A stretch of 64,000 nucleotides of DNA from an uncultured Candidatus Saccharibacteria bacterium (GCA_964644965.1 CAZXYN010000001.1:64282-128281); one strand, 5' to 3'; shown: positions 38,843 to 49,106, counted from the first letter of the stretch. The notes: generated from the letters alone by a model not told the origin. Numbers and translations: made by a program.

Positions 38843-41833
38843 CTAGTTGGCCGAAATTGCTGGTGAAGCTCGCTCATCGTCATCTGAGCGGGCGTAAACA
38901 CTTGTGCCAGGAAGGACGGCTCCGTTACAGCTGCCATTGCCACTACAGACCTCAGATCCTGAGCCTGAGGTACGATAGACAGTTACCATACCACCGCCAT
39001 TCGTCCATTCAAAGTTTCCACCACCTTTATAGGAGAGTCCGATAACAGTGATGTTAACAGCACCAGAGGTTGCGTCATAGAGCACGCTGTCGATTACCCG
39101 CGCAGTCACGGCTTGGGTACCACTACCACTGGCTTTATAAGTTGTGCCGTACGAGCCAGGTTCAGAAAGGTCTTGGGAAGCTATAACAGTGCCACCGACA
39201 GAGAATTCAATCTTTCCACCACCCTTATCTGTACCGCCTCCAAGCGGATGCGTACCACTGGCAACAGTTGCTGTGATGTTGTAGGTATTTCCGGTAGAGC
39301 CAAGCGAGACCGTAGTGGAAACTAATGGTCTGACATCTCCACAATTGTGGACGTCGTCCCTTTCGCTGGTAGTTGTGCCAGCGTCTACGAATGTGTCACC
39401 GCTGTGTTGAGAAGCTGAGCCACCGGTAGAGTCTTTCTTGGCTAGTTCCGGAGTACATTCGGTGGCTAGTTTGCCGCTGACAATATCAATTGTGCGTTTT
39501 TGGTTAGCACCGGTTTTCTTTTGATACCAGGAAGGGAACAAGTCAGTGCTTGGGCTTGGTTCTTGCGACCCTGTGCCAACATGGGATGTAATTACGTAGG
39601 CAGGAAGTGTTTGAACTCCGCCAGGTTTTGGCCATTCTTTTGGCTTAAGGTTGGCGTGCGCGCGCTCCATCCAATTGTAGAACATTGGTCGGGTCATGTT
39701 TTCCATAAACCCGCTCATCTCTCTTGTTCGATTATGGTAGCCTACCCAGACTGCAGCAGCATATTTAGGGCTGTAGCCAGTCATCCAACCGTCCTTAGCA
39801 TCGTTAGTAGTACCGGTTTTGACGGCTAGTTTCCAACTACCACCATCACCTGATACGGTGTGTATTTTGCGAGTCATATAGCTAGCGCGTGGGTCAGATA
39901 GCATGTCACTAATTATGAAAGCAGTGTCAGGTCGTATCGTCTGTGTACCGCCTTCTAGTTCCCATTTGTAAGTTGTCTTATTTGCAGCGTCCTTAATCTC
40001 CAGGATGTAGGTACGAGGAATGCTTAGCCCATTTCTAGACAGGGTTGCAAGTCCGTGCACGTGTTCATCCATCTTTAGATAGGCACCGTCACCAATGGCT
40101 GAGGATGCATAACACTGTTCTTCATTATCAGCTGTAAAATCAACCGTTTCTGGGCCATAACAGTTGTAGCCGTAGCTATTTGGGTTACTGGCATTCATGA
40201 GGCTCTCGGCTGTTTCTATTGTCTTGTCAACGCCTGCTATAAGCATGGCTTTTACGGCTGGGATGTTTCTTGACCCGCCTAATGCATAGCGCAAGGTCAC
40301 TGGGCCTGGGTAACGGAGGTCATAGTCATGCAGACAGTTTCCGCCGTTCTTAGGACTAGCTTTGTTGGTGCATGGGTAGCCTGGTAGTTCTGATTGGGTG
40401 TCATAGAGTACTGTGCCGGCACCAACGTTGTTGGTGGCTTCCATTAGGGCAGCGTAATCATAAGGTTTAAAGCTTGATCCTGGCGGCAAAGGAGTCCGGG
40501 CGTAGTTGTTCTGACCGTATTCGGCATTATTAAAGTCAGGCCCACCAACCATTGCTACAATCTGGCCTGTCTCTACGTCTTCGGCTACAAATGCCGCTGC
40601 GTCACCACCTTGACGAACTACTTGTCCAATACCACTAGCGACCTCTTCCTCAGCGATTTGCTGCAAGTTTAGATCAAGCGTGGTTGTGACTTGCCAACCA
40701 CTTCTATTGACAGTCTCGGCGCTATATTTCTGTTCCAGCTCTTCCTTTGCGGCGAGAGCAAAGTACGGAGCTTTGATATTATGGTACTTACTTTCGGTCT
40801 TCTGGACAGTGGCAAGTACGTCAATCTTCTTGGTCTCGTCACGTTCTTCCTTGGTGATGAAGCCCATTTCTTCCATGATATCGAGCGTATAGAACATACG
40901 ACCCATCACAGCTTCTCTACCGGTCTCGCCACTAAATTCTTCGTTAAAGAAAGCCCCATATGGCGAGTAGTAGCTTGGTGACTGCGGAATTGCTGCTAAG
41001 AATGCTGATTCAGCCAGAGTTAGGTCTTTGGCGGATTTGTGGAAGTAATCTTGGGCTGCAACCTCTGCACCGTATTGAATGTTGCCGTAAGGTGCTGTGT
41101 TTAGGTAGCCAGCTAGGATTTCTTCTTTGTTATAACTGCGCTCGAGCTCAATAGATAAGATTAGTTCTTTGACCTTACGCGTGTAAGACCTGTCGGCGTT
41201 CCAGTCTTGGCTTAGCTTGACTAGCTGCTGCGTGATTGTTGAACCACCTTGGCTGGTTGTGCCGCCAGTAACATTAGCCCAGGCAGCACGAGTGATACCT
41301 TTGAGGTCAAAACCTCCATGTTTATAAAAATCACGATCTTCTAGGGCGATAGTAGCTTGCTTTAGATAATCAGAAATCTGATCGCCTTCTACAGGGATGC
41401 GCTTAACAGCGTCATAATCTTCCCACAGTAGAGTCTGACCTGTTTTGTCATAATAGCGAATCGAACCACCGATGTTATTACCAGAGATATCACGTAGGTT
41501 TGGTAGATCCTTACGGAAATAAGCAAACACACCTACAAGCAGGACGAACACAACAACAATACCGATGCCGGTAATCTTGAGTGCCATAATACCGCCCTCG
41601 CGGCTCCACCAGTACTGTTTGAGTCGTTTTGGGTGCAGTCTATAGAGTGTGCGCTTAATACGGCTCTTAGGCATGCCGCGCATGCGTTCGGCCTTACGCA
41701 AGGCTTTTTGGTCACGGCTGGCTTTTACCTTGTCGGCGAGAGACGTATGAAGCTTGATGGTTTTGCCGCTCTTCGTAACATGGATGTTATTTTTGCGCGG
41801 TCTTTTAGACGTTGTTTTCTTCTTTGCTACCAT
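38843..41833 (-). CDS. bifunctional penicillin-binding protein 1A (glycosyltransferase/transpeptidase) with a long Gly/Thr/Ser-rich C-terminal extension
   Basis: EDRDFYKHGG, GGSTITQQLVK (GT51), SSFKP (transpeptidase) and an N-terminal TM. Confidence 0.9.
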   Translation of the reverse strand: MVAKKKTTSKRPRKNNIHVTKSGKTIKLHTSLADKVKASRDQKALRKAERMRGMPKSRIKRTLYRLHPKRLKQYWWSREGGIMALKITGIGIVVVFVLLVGVFAYFRKDLPNLRDISGNNIGGSIRYYDKTGQTLLWEDYDAVKRIPVEGDQISDYLKQATIALEDRDFYKHGGFDLKGITRAAWANVTGGTTSQGGSTITQQLVKLSQDWNADRSYTRKVKELILSIELERSYNKEEILAGYLNTAPYGNIQYGAEVAAQDYFHKSAKDLTLAESAFLAAIPQSPSYYSPYGAFFNEEFSGETGREAVMGRMFYTLDIMEEMGFITKEERDETKKIDVLATVQKTESKYHNIKAPYFALAAKEELEQKYSAETVNRSGWQVTTTLDLNLQQIAEEEVASGIGQVVRQGGDAAAFVAEDVETGQIVAMVGGPDFNNAEYGQNNYARTPLPPGSSFKPYDYAALMEATNNVGAGTVLYDTQSELPGYPCTNKASPKNGGNCLHDYDLRYPGPVTLRYALGGSRNIPAVKAMLIAGVDKTIETAESLMNASNPNSYGYNCYGPETVDFTADNEEQCYASSAIGDGAYLKMDEHVHGLATLSRNGLSIPRTYILEIKDAANKTTYKWELEGGTQTIRPDTAFIISDMLSDPRASYMTRKIHTVSGDGGSWKLAVKTGTTNDAKDGWMTGYSPKYAAAVWVGYHNRTREMSGFMENMTRPMFYNWMERAHANLKPKEWPKPGGVQTLPAYVITSHVGTGSQEPSPSTDLFPSWYQKKTGANQKRTIDIVSGKLATECTPELAKKDSTGGSASQHSGDTFVDAGTTTSERDDVHNCGDVRPLVSTTVSLGSTGNTYNITATVASGTHPLGGGTDKGGGKIEFSVGGTVIASQDLSEPGSYGTTYKASGSGTQAVTARVIDSVLYDATSGAVNITVIGLSYKGGGNFEWTNGGGMVTVYRTSGSGSEVCSGNGSCNGAVLPGTSVYARSDDDERASPAISAN

Positions 41834-41955
41834 TCCAGGAAACCTTCTCCCTAACTTGTCTTCCAGTATAACAAAATGCTTATAGATATATAACTACATT
41901 TTTTTGCGAAAACAGGGGTTATCAGGTACGCTTAATTTATATATAGTATGATTTT

Positions 41956-43242
41956 ATGAACGAACCGCTGAGAGGAAGCTTAAAAACAGACATGACTCTA
42001 TCAGAAGAATTGACCTGGCGCGGCTTTACAAACCAGACAACCTACAAGGACATCACTGCACTGGACGGCGAGCCAATTACCTTTTATTGGGGAGTAGATC
42101 CGTCAGCTGATTCGATGCAAATCGGTAATTTTGCAATCGCTATGATGGTGCGACACTTTATTAATCATGGCCATAAAGCAGTTTTGCTCGTAGGTGGCGC
42201 AACCGGTCTTATCGGTGATCCTGATGGCAAAAAGCAAGAGCGAGATCTCCAGGATGAAGAAACTATACAGGCCAATAAGGTTGCAATCGCCGGCCAGTAC
42301 GAGACAATTTTCGCCGGCCAGCAGTTTGACGTAGTTGATAATTACGATTGGTTTAGAAACATTAACTACCTAAGCTTCCTGCGTGATGTCGGCAAGCATA
42401 TGCCGATGCGAATGATGCTTGGCCGCGAATTTGTCCAAAGTCGTTTGAGTGACGACGGTGCTGGTATTAGCTATGCAGAGTTTAGCTATTCACTCATCCA
42501 GGGCTATGATTTTCTACATTTGCACAGAGAAAAAGGTGTTACGCTGCAGCTTAGTGGGGCAGACCAGTGGGGAAATAGCATTGCCGGTGTTGAGTTAATC
42601 AGGCGTATCACTGGCGACGAAACCCATGTCTGGACGGCACCGCTTGTAGTAAATAAGTCAACAGGCGTTAAATTTGGCAAGTCTGAAGATGGTGCGATCT
42701 GGTTAGATCCAAGCAAAACCTCTGTCTACAAGTTTTACCAATTTTGGCTCAACAGTGACGACGAGGGCGCGATTGATTACCTAAAGATCTATACACTTCT
42801 TGGCAAAGAACAAATTGACCAGATCACAATTGAGTTCGAGGCCGACAAATCATCTCGTGCTGCCCAGAAAATCCTAGCTTATGAAGTCACTAAGCTTATT
42901 CACGGTCAAGAAAGGGCTGATTCGGTCAAGCGTATCAGCGAAGTACTTTTCGGTGGTGCCGACTATTCTGCACTTAACGGTGGGGATTTCGACAGTCTGA
43001 CTAGGGAACTTCCGGTCGTAGAAGCTAAGCCAAACGAAACCACTATTATAGAGTCAATCGTGTCTGCCGGCTTAGCGTCATCAAACGGTGAAAGCCGTCG
43101 TTTTATAGATAGCGGCGCCATATATTTGAACGGTAATCCTGTCCAGACAGACAAAACAATCTTTGCCGACGCTGACATCATTGCCGGTCATGCTATTATT
43201 AGACGCGGCAAGAACACCTCTGCAGTTGTTCGATTTGTATAA
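41956..43242 (+). CDS. tyrS: tyrosine--tRNA ligase
   Basis: Class I fold with KFGKSE (KMSKS-type) and a C-terminal S4 domain. The true start may be the Met at 41992 (MTLSEEL). Confidence 0.9.
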   Translation: MNEPLRGSLKTDMTLSEELTWRGFTNQTTYKDITALDGEPITFYWGVDPSADSMQIGNFAIAMMVRHFINHGHKAVLLVGGATGLIGDPDGKKQERDLQDEETIQANKVAIAGQYETIFAGQQFDVVDNYDWFRNINYLSFLRDVGKHMPMRMMLGREFVQSRLSDDGAGISYAEFSYSLIQGYDFLHLHREKGVTLQLSGADQWGNSIAGVELIRRITGDETHVWTAPLVVNKSTGVKFGKSEDGAIWLDPSKTSVYKFYQFWLNSDDEGAIDYLKIYTLLGKEQIDQITIEFEADKSSRAAQKILAYEVTKLIHGQERADSVKRISEVLFGGADYSALNGGDFDSLTRELPVVEAKPNETTIIESIVSAGLASSNGESRRFIDSGAIYLNGNPVQTDKTIFADADIIAGHAIIRRGKNTSAVVRFV

Positions 43243-43262
43243 ACCTTAAATAGAGAACCTCC

Positions 43263-44066
43263 ATGTCAACCAAAAAACCAGCAAATAAGAATAATTCCCT
43301 CTCAAAAACGCAGCGAAAAAAAGCAGATCAGTACAACGACCCAAATCACAACTACCTTCACTATTGGGACGGTCGTGATTATGAGCATGACGCCGAAGTC
43401 ATAGCCCTAGACAAGATGCTTCGCGGCAAACACTTCAAGCATGCCGTAGATGTTGGTGGTGGTTATGGACGCCTTAGTGCAGTACTTACACAGTACGCTG
43501 ACAAGGTCACCCTGGCCGAGCCTTCTCAGCAGCAGTTAGATATTGGCGAGGAGTTTCTGAAAGATTTTCCGACTGTAGAGCGAAAGCTTCTCCAGGCAGA
43601 CGACCTCAAGTTCAAGGACGGCAGCGTCGACCTAGTAACTGTCGTACGAGTGCTTCATCACTTACCAGATCCATCACCAGAATTCGCCGAAATTGCTCGA
43701 ATTTTGGAACCAGGCGGCTATTTCTTCTTTGAATTTGCTAATTACTCAAACTTCAAAAACCGCGTCAAGCACACTCTAAAGGGCAAAAAAATGCCAGTCG
43801 AGCCAGTAAATATTCGTTCAGAGGAGCATGATACTGACGACGAAATTCCATTTGTGAATCACAATCCGAACACTGTCAAAAAACAGCTGGCACACGCTGG
43901 TCTGAAGGTAGAAAAAGTTCTGTCAGTATCAAACCTACGAAGTCCTAAGCTAAAGAAAATCATACCTCACGGTGGACTACTAGCCATCGAAAATCTTATG
44001 CAGAAGCCACTGGCTAAGTCATATTTTGGTCCAAGCACCGTATTCTTAGTCCGCAAGCCCAAATAG
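43263..44066 (+). CDS. class I SAM-dependent methyltransferase
   Basis: VDVGGGYGRLS motif I and VVRVLHHLPDP motif. Confidence 0.75.
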   Translation: MSTKKPANKNNSLSKTQRKKADQYNDPNHNYLHYWDGRDYEHDAEVIALDKMLRGKHFKHAVDVGGGYGRLSAVLTQYADKVTLAEPSQQQLDIGEEFLKDFPTVERKLLQADDLKFKDGSVDLVTVVRVLHHLPDPSPEFAEIARILEPGGYFFFEFANYSNFKNRVKHTLKGKKMPVEPVNIRSEEHDTDDEIPFVNHNPNTVKKQLAHAGLKVEKVLSVSNLRSPKLKKIIPHGGLLAIENLMQKPLAKSYFGPSTVFLVRKPK

Positions 44067-44094
44067 TTGCTAAATACGCAAAACGGTCGTATCA

Positions 44095-44619
44095 TTGAAA
44101 ACAATGTTTGACCCCGAGTTTAACTTCGATGTGTATGATGATTTCGAAGCGCCTGATGTTTCTGAAGTAATTCATCAACTAGACTGTCTAGCGACAGAAC
44201 TTTTAGGTTGCCCTAGCGAATCGCGACCGAATATCAGACATGAGGAACTACTGTCTGATGGCAGATTTTTTCAAGTATTGAGAAAACTGGACGTTAGTGG
44301 AAATGGTATAAGCAGCTATACTGTTACATTCTCTACATTATTTGACGTTGAAATAGATTTTGTTCATCTTATGGACGACAATGCGGACGAAGACGAGCAA
44401 GCCATACGTGAAATTACTGGGAAGGGCTTGTTCCTTTCGGCACATATACCTAGTAAGAGTATTGCAAGGTTCTTTGCACCTGCGACAGTTGAAGTAGATT
44501 CGGACGGTGATATTTCTTTCAATACCCTTATTGACTCAAGTGGCATATCTCCTGTATCAACACTACTCCCTACTGATTTACTAGTTATAGGTGAAGCACG
44601 ACGTACAGCATCGTACTAA
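44095..44619 (+). CDS. acidic hypothetical protein
   Basis: 174-aa ORF with no motif recognised. Confidence 0.45.
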   Translation: MKTMFDPEFNFDVYDDFEAPDVSEVIHQLDCLATELLGCPSESRPNIRHEELLSDGRFFQVLRKLDVSGNGISSYTVTFSTLFDVEIDFVHLMDDNADEDEQAIREITGKGLFLSAHIPSKSIARFFAPATVEVDSDGDISFNTLIDSSGISPVSTLLPTDLLVIGEARRTASY

Positions 44620-44639
44620 TTGCTATACTATAGCCACAG

Positions 44640-46664
44640 ATGGAGATTATGGAGCTAACAAGTGTTAAGGGCGTTGGTGAGCGCACTGCTAAGCAATTCG
44701 AAGGGCTTGGCATTCGCTCAGTTTGGGATTTATTACAATATACACCAAGGGACTATCAGGACTTCAGTACAATTACTCCTGTCAGTCAGACCAAACCAGG
44801 TCTAGTGACCATCCAGGCTGTCATAAAACAAGCCAGGGGCAGGTATGTTCGACGTGGCATGCACATTACAGAAGCCGTAGCCTCAGACAAATCTGGCAGT
44901 ATTAGGCTGGTTTGGTTCAATCAACCTTATCGAGCTGACGCTTTAAAGCCAAACCAAGAGTATTTTATTACTGGTAAGCTTGAGCTAAGGGCTGGCCGTT
45001 TTGCCATATCAAGCCCAAGTGTAGAGCTTGTGAGTGAGGTTCCGGTTCATACAGCACGCATCATACCGATTTACAGACAGAATAAAAATATCAACACGCG
45101 TCTGATTCGTAAGACAATGCGTCAGGCACTCGATAGCAGTGGTGATCTGCCGCAAGTATTACCGGAGCATATTCGTACTCAGTACAAATTGCTGTCGTAC
45201 CACGAAGCGTTAGAGCAGCTGCATTTTCCAAGCTCAGTTGACCAGCTAGACGATGCCAAACGCACGATGTCATTTATAGAAGTATTTGAGCTGATGTTGG
45301 CGTCAAAGATGCTCAAAAACGAGATTGCCAGCGAATTAGCGCCAGCGATTAACTTTGATCAGACTTTGGCAAAAAAGTTCGTAGCCTCGCTGCCATTCAA
45401 ACTAACAGATGCGCAGCGCCAAGCAATGTGGCAAATTCTGCAAGATCTAGAGAAGCCAATACCCGCCAATCGCTTGTTAGAGGGTGATGTAGGCTCTGGT
45501 AAGACGGTTGTGGCGACAATGGCGGCGATCATGGCTATCAGCAACGGCTACCAAGCGATATTCCTAGCACCCACCGAACTACTGGCGCGTCAGCATGCAG
45601 ACAGCCTGCTAGAGTTGCTAGAACCGCTAAAATACGACAAACACCTCAGCTTGCTTGTCGGTAGTCTAAAAACCGCTCAAAAGAAGCTAGCACACAAACA
45701 TCTGGCTGACGGTTCGATTAAGCTGGCCGTTGGTACTCATGCGCTTTTGCAAGATTTAGAGGTGAAGAACCTCGGACTAATTATAATCGACGAACAACAT
45801 CGTTTTGGCGTAGATCAGCGCAAAAAACTGCTGAAACAATCTGGCAAAGTTCCACATGTGCTTAGCATGACAGCAACACCAATACCGCGCTCACTAGCAC
45901 TAACACTTTACGGTGAGCTTGATATTTCACTACTTGATGCTTTGCCGCCTGGTCGCAAGCCAATTGATACTAGTATTATCTCGCCCAACAGTCGTAAGAA
46001 AATGGAACAGCACATTGCTGGTGAAGCAAAGGCTGGGCATCAGGTTTACGTAGTCTGTCCGGTAATCACAGAGGACAACAAGCTCCAAACCGTTAGTGTA
46101 GAGGAGACTTACAGACGTCTAAAGACTACATTCAAAGGATTAAATGTAGGCTTATTGCACGGCAAGCTCAAACAAGACGAAAAAACCGAAATCATGGAAA
46201 AATTTGTCGCCGGTCAGATAGATGTACTGGTAGCTACCACCGTAATTGAAGTCGGCGTCAACGTGCCGAACGCCACAATTATGGTTATAGAAGGCGCTGA
46301 TCGGTTTGGCTTGGCACAATTGCATCAGCTGCGTGGTCGAGTTGGTCGTAGTAGCGATCAAGCCTATTGCTACGTAGTGCCATCTGATAGCAAAGCACCA
46401 AGCAAGCGGCTACAATCTTTTGCGCGAATTACAGATGGATTTAAACTTGCCGAGATTGATCTAGAAATCAGAGGTCCAGGCGCAATTTACGGAACGCTCC
46501 AGCATGGTGATCTAGATCTGAAGTTTGCTGATCTAACAGACCACAAGCTAATTGCAAATGCCAGAAAAGCCGTAGATGAATTTGTAGGTACCGATTCACT
46601 AGATTCTTACCCAGAGCTTGGGCGTAGAGTGCGGGTCGCCCAGGCAGTGATTACTCTTAATTAA
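44640..46664 (+). CDS. recG: ATP-dependent DNA helicase RecG
   Basis: Wedge domain, GDVGSGKTVVA, DEQHRFG and QLRGRVGR. Confidence 0.95.
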   Translation: MEIMELTSVKGVGERTAKQFEGLGIRSVWDLLQYTPRDYQDFSTITPVSQTKPGLVTIQAVIKQARGRYVRRGMHITEAVASDKSGSIRLVWFNQPYRADALKPNQEYFITGKLELRAGRFAISSPSVELVSEVPVHTARIIPIYRQNKNINTRLIRKTMRQALDSSGDLPQVLPEHIRTQYKLLSYHEALEQLHFPSSVDQLDDAKRTMSFIEVFELMLASKMLKNEIASELAPAINFDQTLAKKFVASLPFKLTDAQRQAMWQILQDLEKPIPANRLLEGDVGSGKTVVATMAAIMAISNGYQAIFLAPTELLARQHADSLLELLEPLKYDKHLSLLVGSLKTAQKKLAHKHLADGSIKLAVGTHALLQDLEVKNLGLIIIDEQHRFGVDQRKKLLKQSGKVPHVLSMTATPIPRSLALTLYGELDISLLDALPPGRKPIDTSIISPNSRKKMEQHIAGEAKAGHQVYVVCPVITEDNKLQTVSVEETYRRLKTTFKGLNVGLLHGKLKQDEKTEIMEKFVAGQIDVLVATTVIEVGVNVPNATIMVIEGADRFGLAQLHQLRGRVGRSSDQAYCYVVPSDSKAPSKRLQSFARITDGFKLAEIDLEIRGPGAIYGTLQHGDLDLKFADLTDHKLIANARKAVDEFVGTDSLDSYPELGRRVRVAQAVITLN

Positions 46665-46711
46665 GTTACCAAAGGCGATTTTTGGACAGAACTAGACTAT
46701 AATAGAGTCAA

Positions 46712-47530
46712 ATGTACTCTGGACTCGTCCTAACAAAATATTCCGGACAATTAATGGGCGCGCATCAAAAGATTGACCGCGTCGCTCGTCGTCACCTGTC
46801 AGAACTTATAAAAACCGACGGTGGGTTTCCTAGTACCAAAGAAATCTTGCAGTTCGAGGGCAAAAACGGTCCGGACGGCATGAAGCGAAAGAGCCCTGGT
46901 TATGACGAGCCATGGCATTTTCTTGATCCTCTCAGTGGTGAAACAAGTGAGTTTCTCGAGATAATCGATGACCATTACAATGCTCTAGTCAAATATCTGA
47001 AGTCCGGCAATCAAGAACGAGCAGCTTTTGAGGCGGCTTGGTTAGCTCACGCTATAGTCGACGGATTAACGCCAGCCCACCATTACCCATATGAGCAACA
47101 TATTGAGAAACTTCGTGATGGCCAGGGTAAGGACAGTCGCAACAGCGTGTTTGACAAGCTTATTTTCAAGGGTGACAAGCCGTCGAGTACTTTAGTGAAC
47201 ACCGCCAAAGCCTACAGTCCCAAGGGCCCGCTAACAGCACATGTGGCCTTCGAAATGGGCTTCACGCTTTTGATTCGGCCTTTGCGTCTGCCTGATGCAC
47301 GACCAGCCGAGCGTGACATGGTAGAGATTGAAGAGCGTGGTTACAGAGGTTATTTTATGAATCGTGCTAGGGAAATTGCAGTACTGGGGTTATTCGAGCG
47401 CTATCTCAAGAATGGTTGGACGCCAAAACTTAGTAACGAAATGCGACATAAGCTGGCACCAACTATGGTAAAGACTGTAACTGTGCTGTGGTATGCAGCA
47501 GCTCTAGAGGCAGGCACATGCGAGTTATAG
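46712..47530 (+). CDS. hypothetical protein (His-rich putative metal site)
   Basis: 272 aa with HQKIDRVARRHL, WHFLD and WLAHAIVDGLTPAHH. The family is not confidently recognised. Confidence 0.5.
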   Translation: MYSGLVLTKYSGQLMGAHQKIDRVARRHLSELIKTDGGFPSTKEILQFEGKNGPDGMKRKSPGYDEPWHFLDPLSGETSEFLEIIDDHYNALVKYLKSGNQERAAFEAAWLAHAIVDGLTPAHHYPYEQHIEKLRDGQGKDSRNSVFDKLIFKGDKPSSTLVNTAKAYSPKGPLTAHVAFEMGFTLLIRPLRLPDARPAERDMVEIEERGYRGYFMNRAREIAVLGLFERYLKNGWTPKLSNEMRHKLAPTMVKTVTVLWYAAALEAGTCEL

Positions 47531-48054
47531 CCGGCAAACTTGGTGGCCGCAACTTTGAATCTGTTCATGGCCATCGCACACACCCGATGAGTGAGAAAAT
47601 CCGCGGTGCGCTATTTAATGCGCTGGGTGATATCAATGGACTCGATGTATTAGATCTGTACGGTGGCACCGGTGCGCTGAGTTTCGAGGCAATCAGCCGC
47701 GGAGCAGCTAGCGCAACTGTAATTGACGCAGACGCCAAGGCTCGCACTCAAATCATCCGAAACCGAGAATTACTGCAGATACCAGAAGACCAAGTCACTG
47801 CCGTGCGCGCCCATGCACATGCCTGGAGTCGACGACATCAGAACCAGCAGTTTGATATTGTCTTGCTTGATCCACCATATGACGCAGTCGAGCCCAAGGA
47901 ACTAATCCTGCTGACCAAACATGCCAAACCAGGTGGGTTGATTGTGCTGTCGCTGCCGCCAAACACCGGTTTCAAATACGCCGAAAGTCGCCAAGAATTA
48001 CTATCTCAAAAGACTTATGGTGACGCCGAGCTGCATTTTTATCGCCAGCTTTAG
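47518..48054 (+). CDS. rsmD: 16S rRNA (guanine966-N2)-methyltransferase RsmD
   Basis: MRVIAGKLGGR, VLDLYGGTGALSFEAISRGA and DPPY. 13-nt overlap with the upstream ORF. Confidence 0.85.
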   Translation: MRVIAGKLGGRNFESVHGHRTHPMSEKIRGALFNALGDINGLDVLDLYGGTGALSFEAISRGAASATVIDADAKARTQIIRNRELLQIPEDQVTAVRAHAHAWSRRHQNQQFDIVLLDPPYDAVEPKELILLTKHAKPGGLIVLSLPPNTGFKYAESRQELLSQKTYGDAELHFYRQL

Positions 48055-48058
48055 TGGC

Positions 48059-48676
48059 TTAATGGCTAGCTTTTTTTATCTCTTGGTAGCGAATCGGAAT
48101 CGCCAGCGAATAGATCATACCTAGGACTGCACTAATGGCTGCCCCGACTGGTCCAACAATGCCAAACACAACAATCAGAAATGTTACGGCGATAATGTCA
48201 TAAATCCGCCAGCTATGAGGCTTTGTCTGAGCGGCAGATAGTTCCATAGCTGCCCAAATTTTCATGTCCTTTTCTACTAGATAAAACGGCGCCAGAATGT
48301 AGCGCCTCATGAATATAAATCCAGGGATAATAAACAGTAGCAAGCCGCCGATAATGATTAGACCAGTCAGCAGTACTAGCCCGAGTAGTCGCCAAAAATA
48401 GCGGTATGAGCCGTCAAAGGCTTGTTGCAAAGTCATAATCTGACCCTTGCTGGTGTGAATATAAAGCTTTGTTAGCGGTGGCAATAGAGCAATGGTCAGC
48501 AGCCCGCCCAAGAGCCTAACTATATTCGGTCCAGATTCGTATATAGACACCTGGCCGATAGTTACTAAAATTCCAGGCAAAACCAACAACACGAAATAAG
48601 GCACCAAGTTGTCGCGAATTATCCTGATACTTGGTTCAAATAGATCAAACGCACTCTTGAACTGTGGCTTTGTCAT
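48059..48676 (-). CDS. polytopic membrane protein, unknown function
   Basis: 205 aa with about 5 hydrophobic helices. Confidence 0.5.
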   Translation of the reverse strand: MTKPQFKSAFDLFEPSIRIIRDNLVPYFVLLVLPGILVTIGQVSIYESGPNIVRLLGGLLTIALLPPLTKLYIHTSKGQIMTLQQAFDGSYRYFWRLLGLVLLTGLIIIGGLLLFIIPGFIFMRRYILAPFYLVEKDMKIWAAMELSAAQTKPHSWRIYDIIAVTFLIVVFGIVGPVGAAISAVLGMIYSLAIPIRYQEIKKASH

Positions 48677-48784
48677 ATCTCCTCCGTTTGTACATACTAT
48701 AGCCTTTTTGGGCGCTTGCCAGCAAAGATATGTACAAAAACCGCCAAAACTGCTAAAATCAATCTGTTAAATCAAATTCAATCT

Positions 48785-48868
48785 GCGGACGAGTGGTGGT
48801 TCGCTGTACAGCGGATGGTAGAGTTCCCCCGTAGTATCCTGTAAGGATTACTATCGGGGCACGCTAGT
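48785..48868 (+). pseudogene. relic 5' half of a tRNA-Leu gene (positions 1-31) carrying three insertions
   Basis: GCG[ga]CGAGTGGTGG[ttcgctgtacagcgga]TGGTAGA[37-nt hairpin]CACGCTAGT is collinear with the intact tRNA at 48962. Confidence 0.7.
48793..48822 (+). repeat. 30-nt perfect direct repeat, copy 1 (tRNA-Leu D-arm with a 16-nt palindrome in the D-loop)
   Basis: GTGGTGGTTCGCTGTACAGCGGATGGTAGA is identical to 48904-48933. Confidence 0.95.
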
Positions 48869-48903
48869 TCCCGTAGTAAAATGAATTTGTGGCTGATGGG
48901 GAT

Positions 48904-48933
48904 GTGGTGGTTCGCTGTACAGCGGATGGTAGA
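48904..48933 (+). repeat. 30-nt perfect direct repeat, copy 2
   Basis: Identical to 48793-48822. Flanks extend the tRNA D-arm homology (GAtGTGGTGG...TGGTAGACA). Confidence 0.95.
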
Positions 48934-48961
48934 CATTTAACAAGTAGTAAAGTTTTTGGAT

Positions 48962-49046
48962 GCGCGAGTGGTGGAATTGGTAGACACGCTAGTCTTAGGA
49001 ACTAGTGCCTCACGGCGTGAAGGTTCAAGTCCTTTCTCGCGCACCA
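48962..49046 (+). tRNA. tRNA-Leu, anticodon UAG, class II with long variable arm, CCA encoded
   Basis: Manual cloverleaf: acceptor GCGCGAG/CTCGCGC, D-arm GTG-GAATTGGTAGA-CAC, anticodon arm CTAGT-CTTAGGA-ACTAG, variable arm tGCCtcacGGCgt, T-arm GAAGG-TTCAAGT-CCTTT, then A-CCA. Confidence 0.92.
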
Positions 49047-49106
49047 AAACTTTTACTTCTTGTCGCTAGTCCCAGCAGTAAGCACTATGTGCTACTACTG
49101 GGCATA

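Noticed and set aside
48793-48933. A 30-nt perfect direct repeat with a palindromic core, superficially like CRISPR repeats
   Set aside because: There are only two copies, the intervening sequence is 81 nt, and the repeats are clearly derived from the tRNA-Leu D-arm. No cas genes or leader are present in the window.
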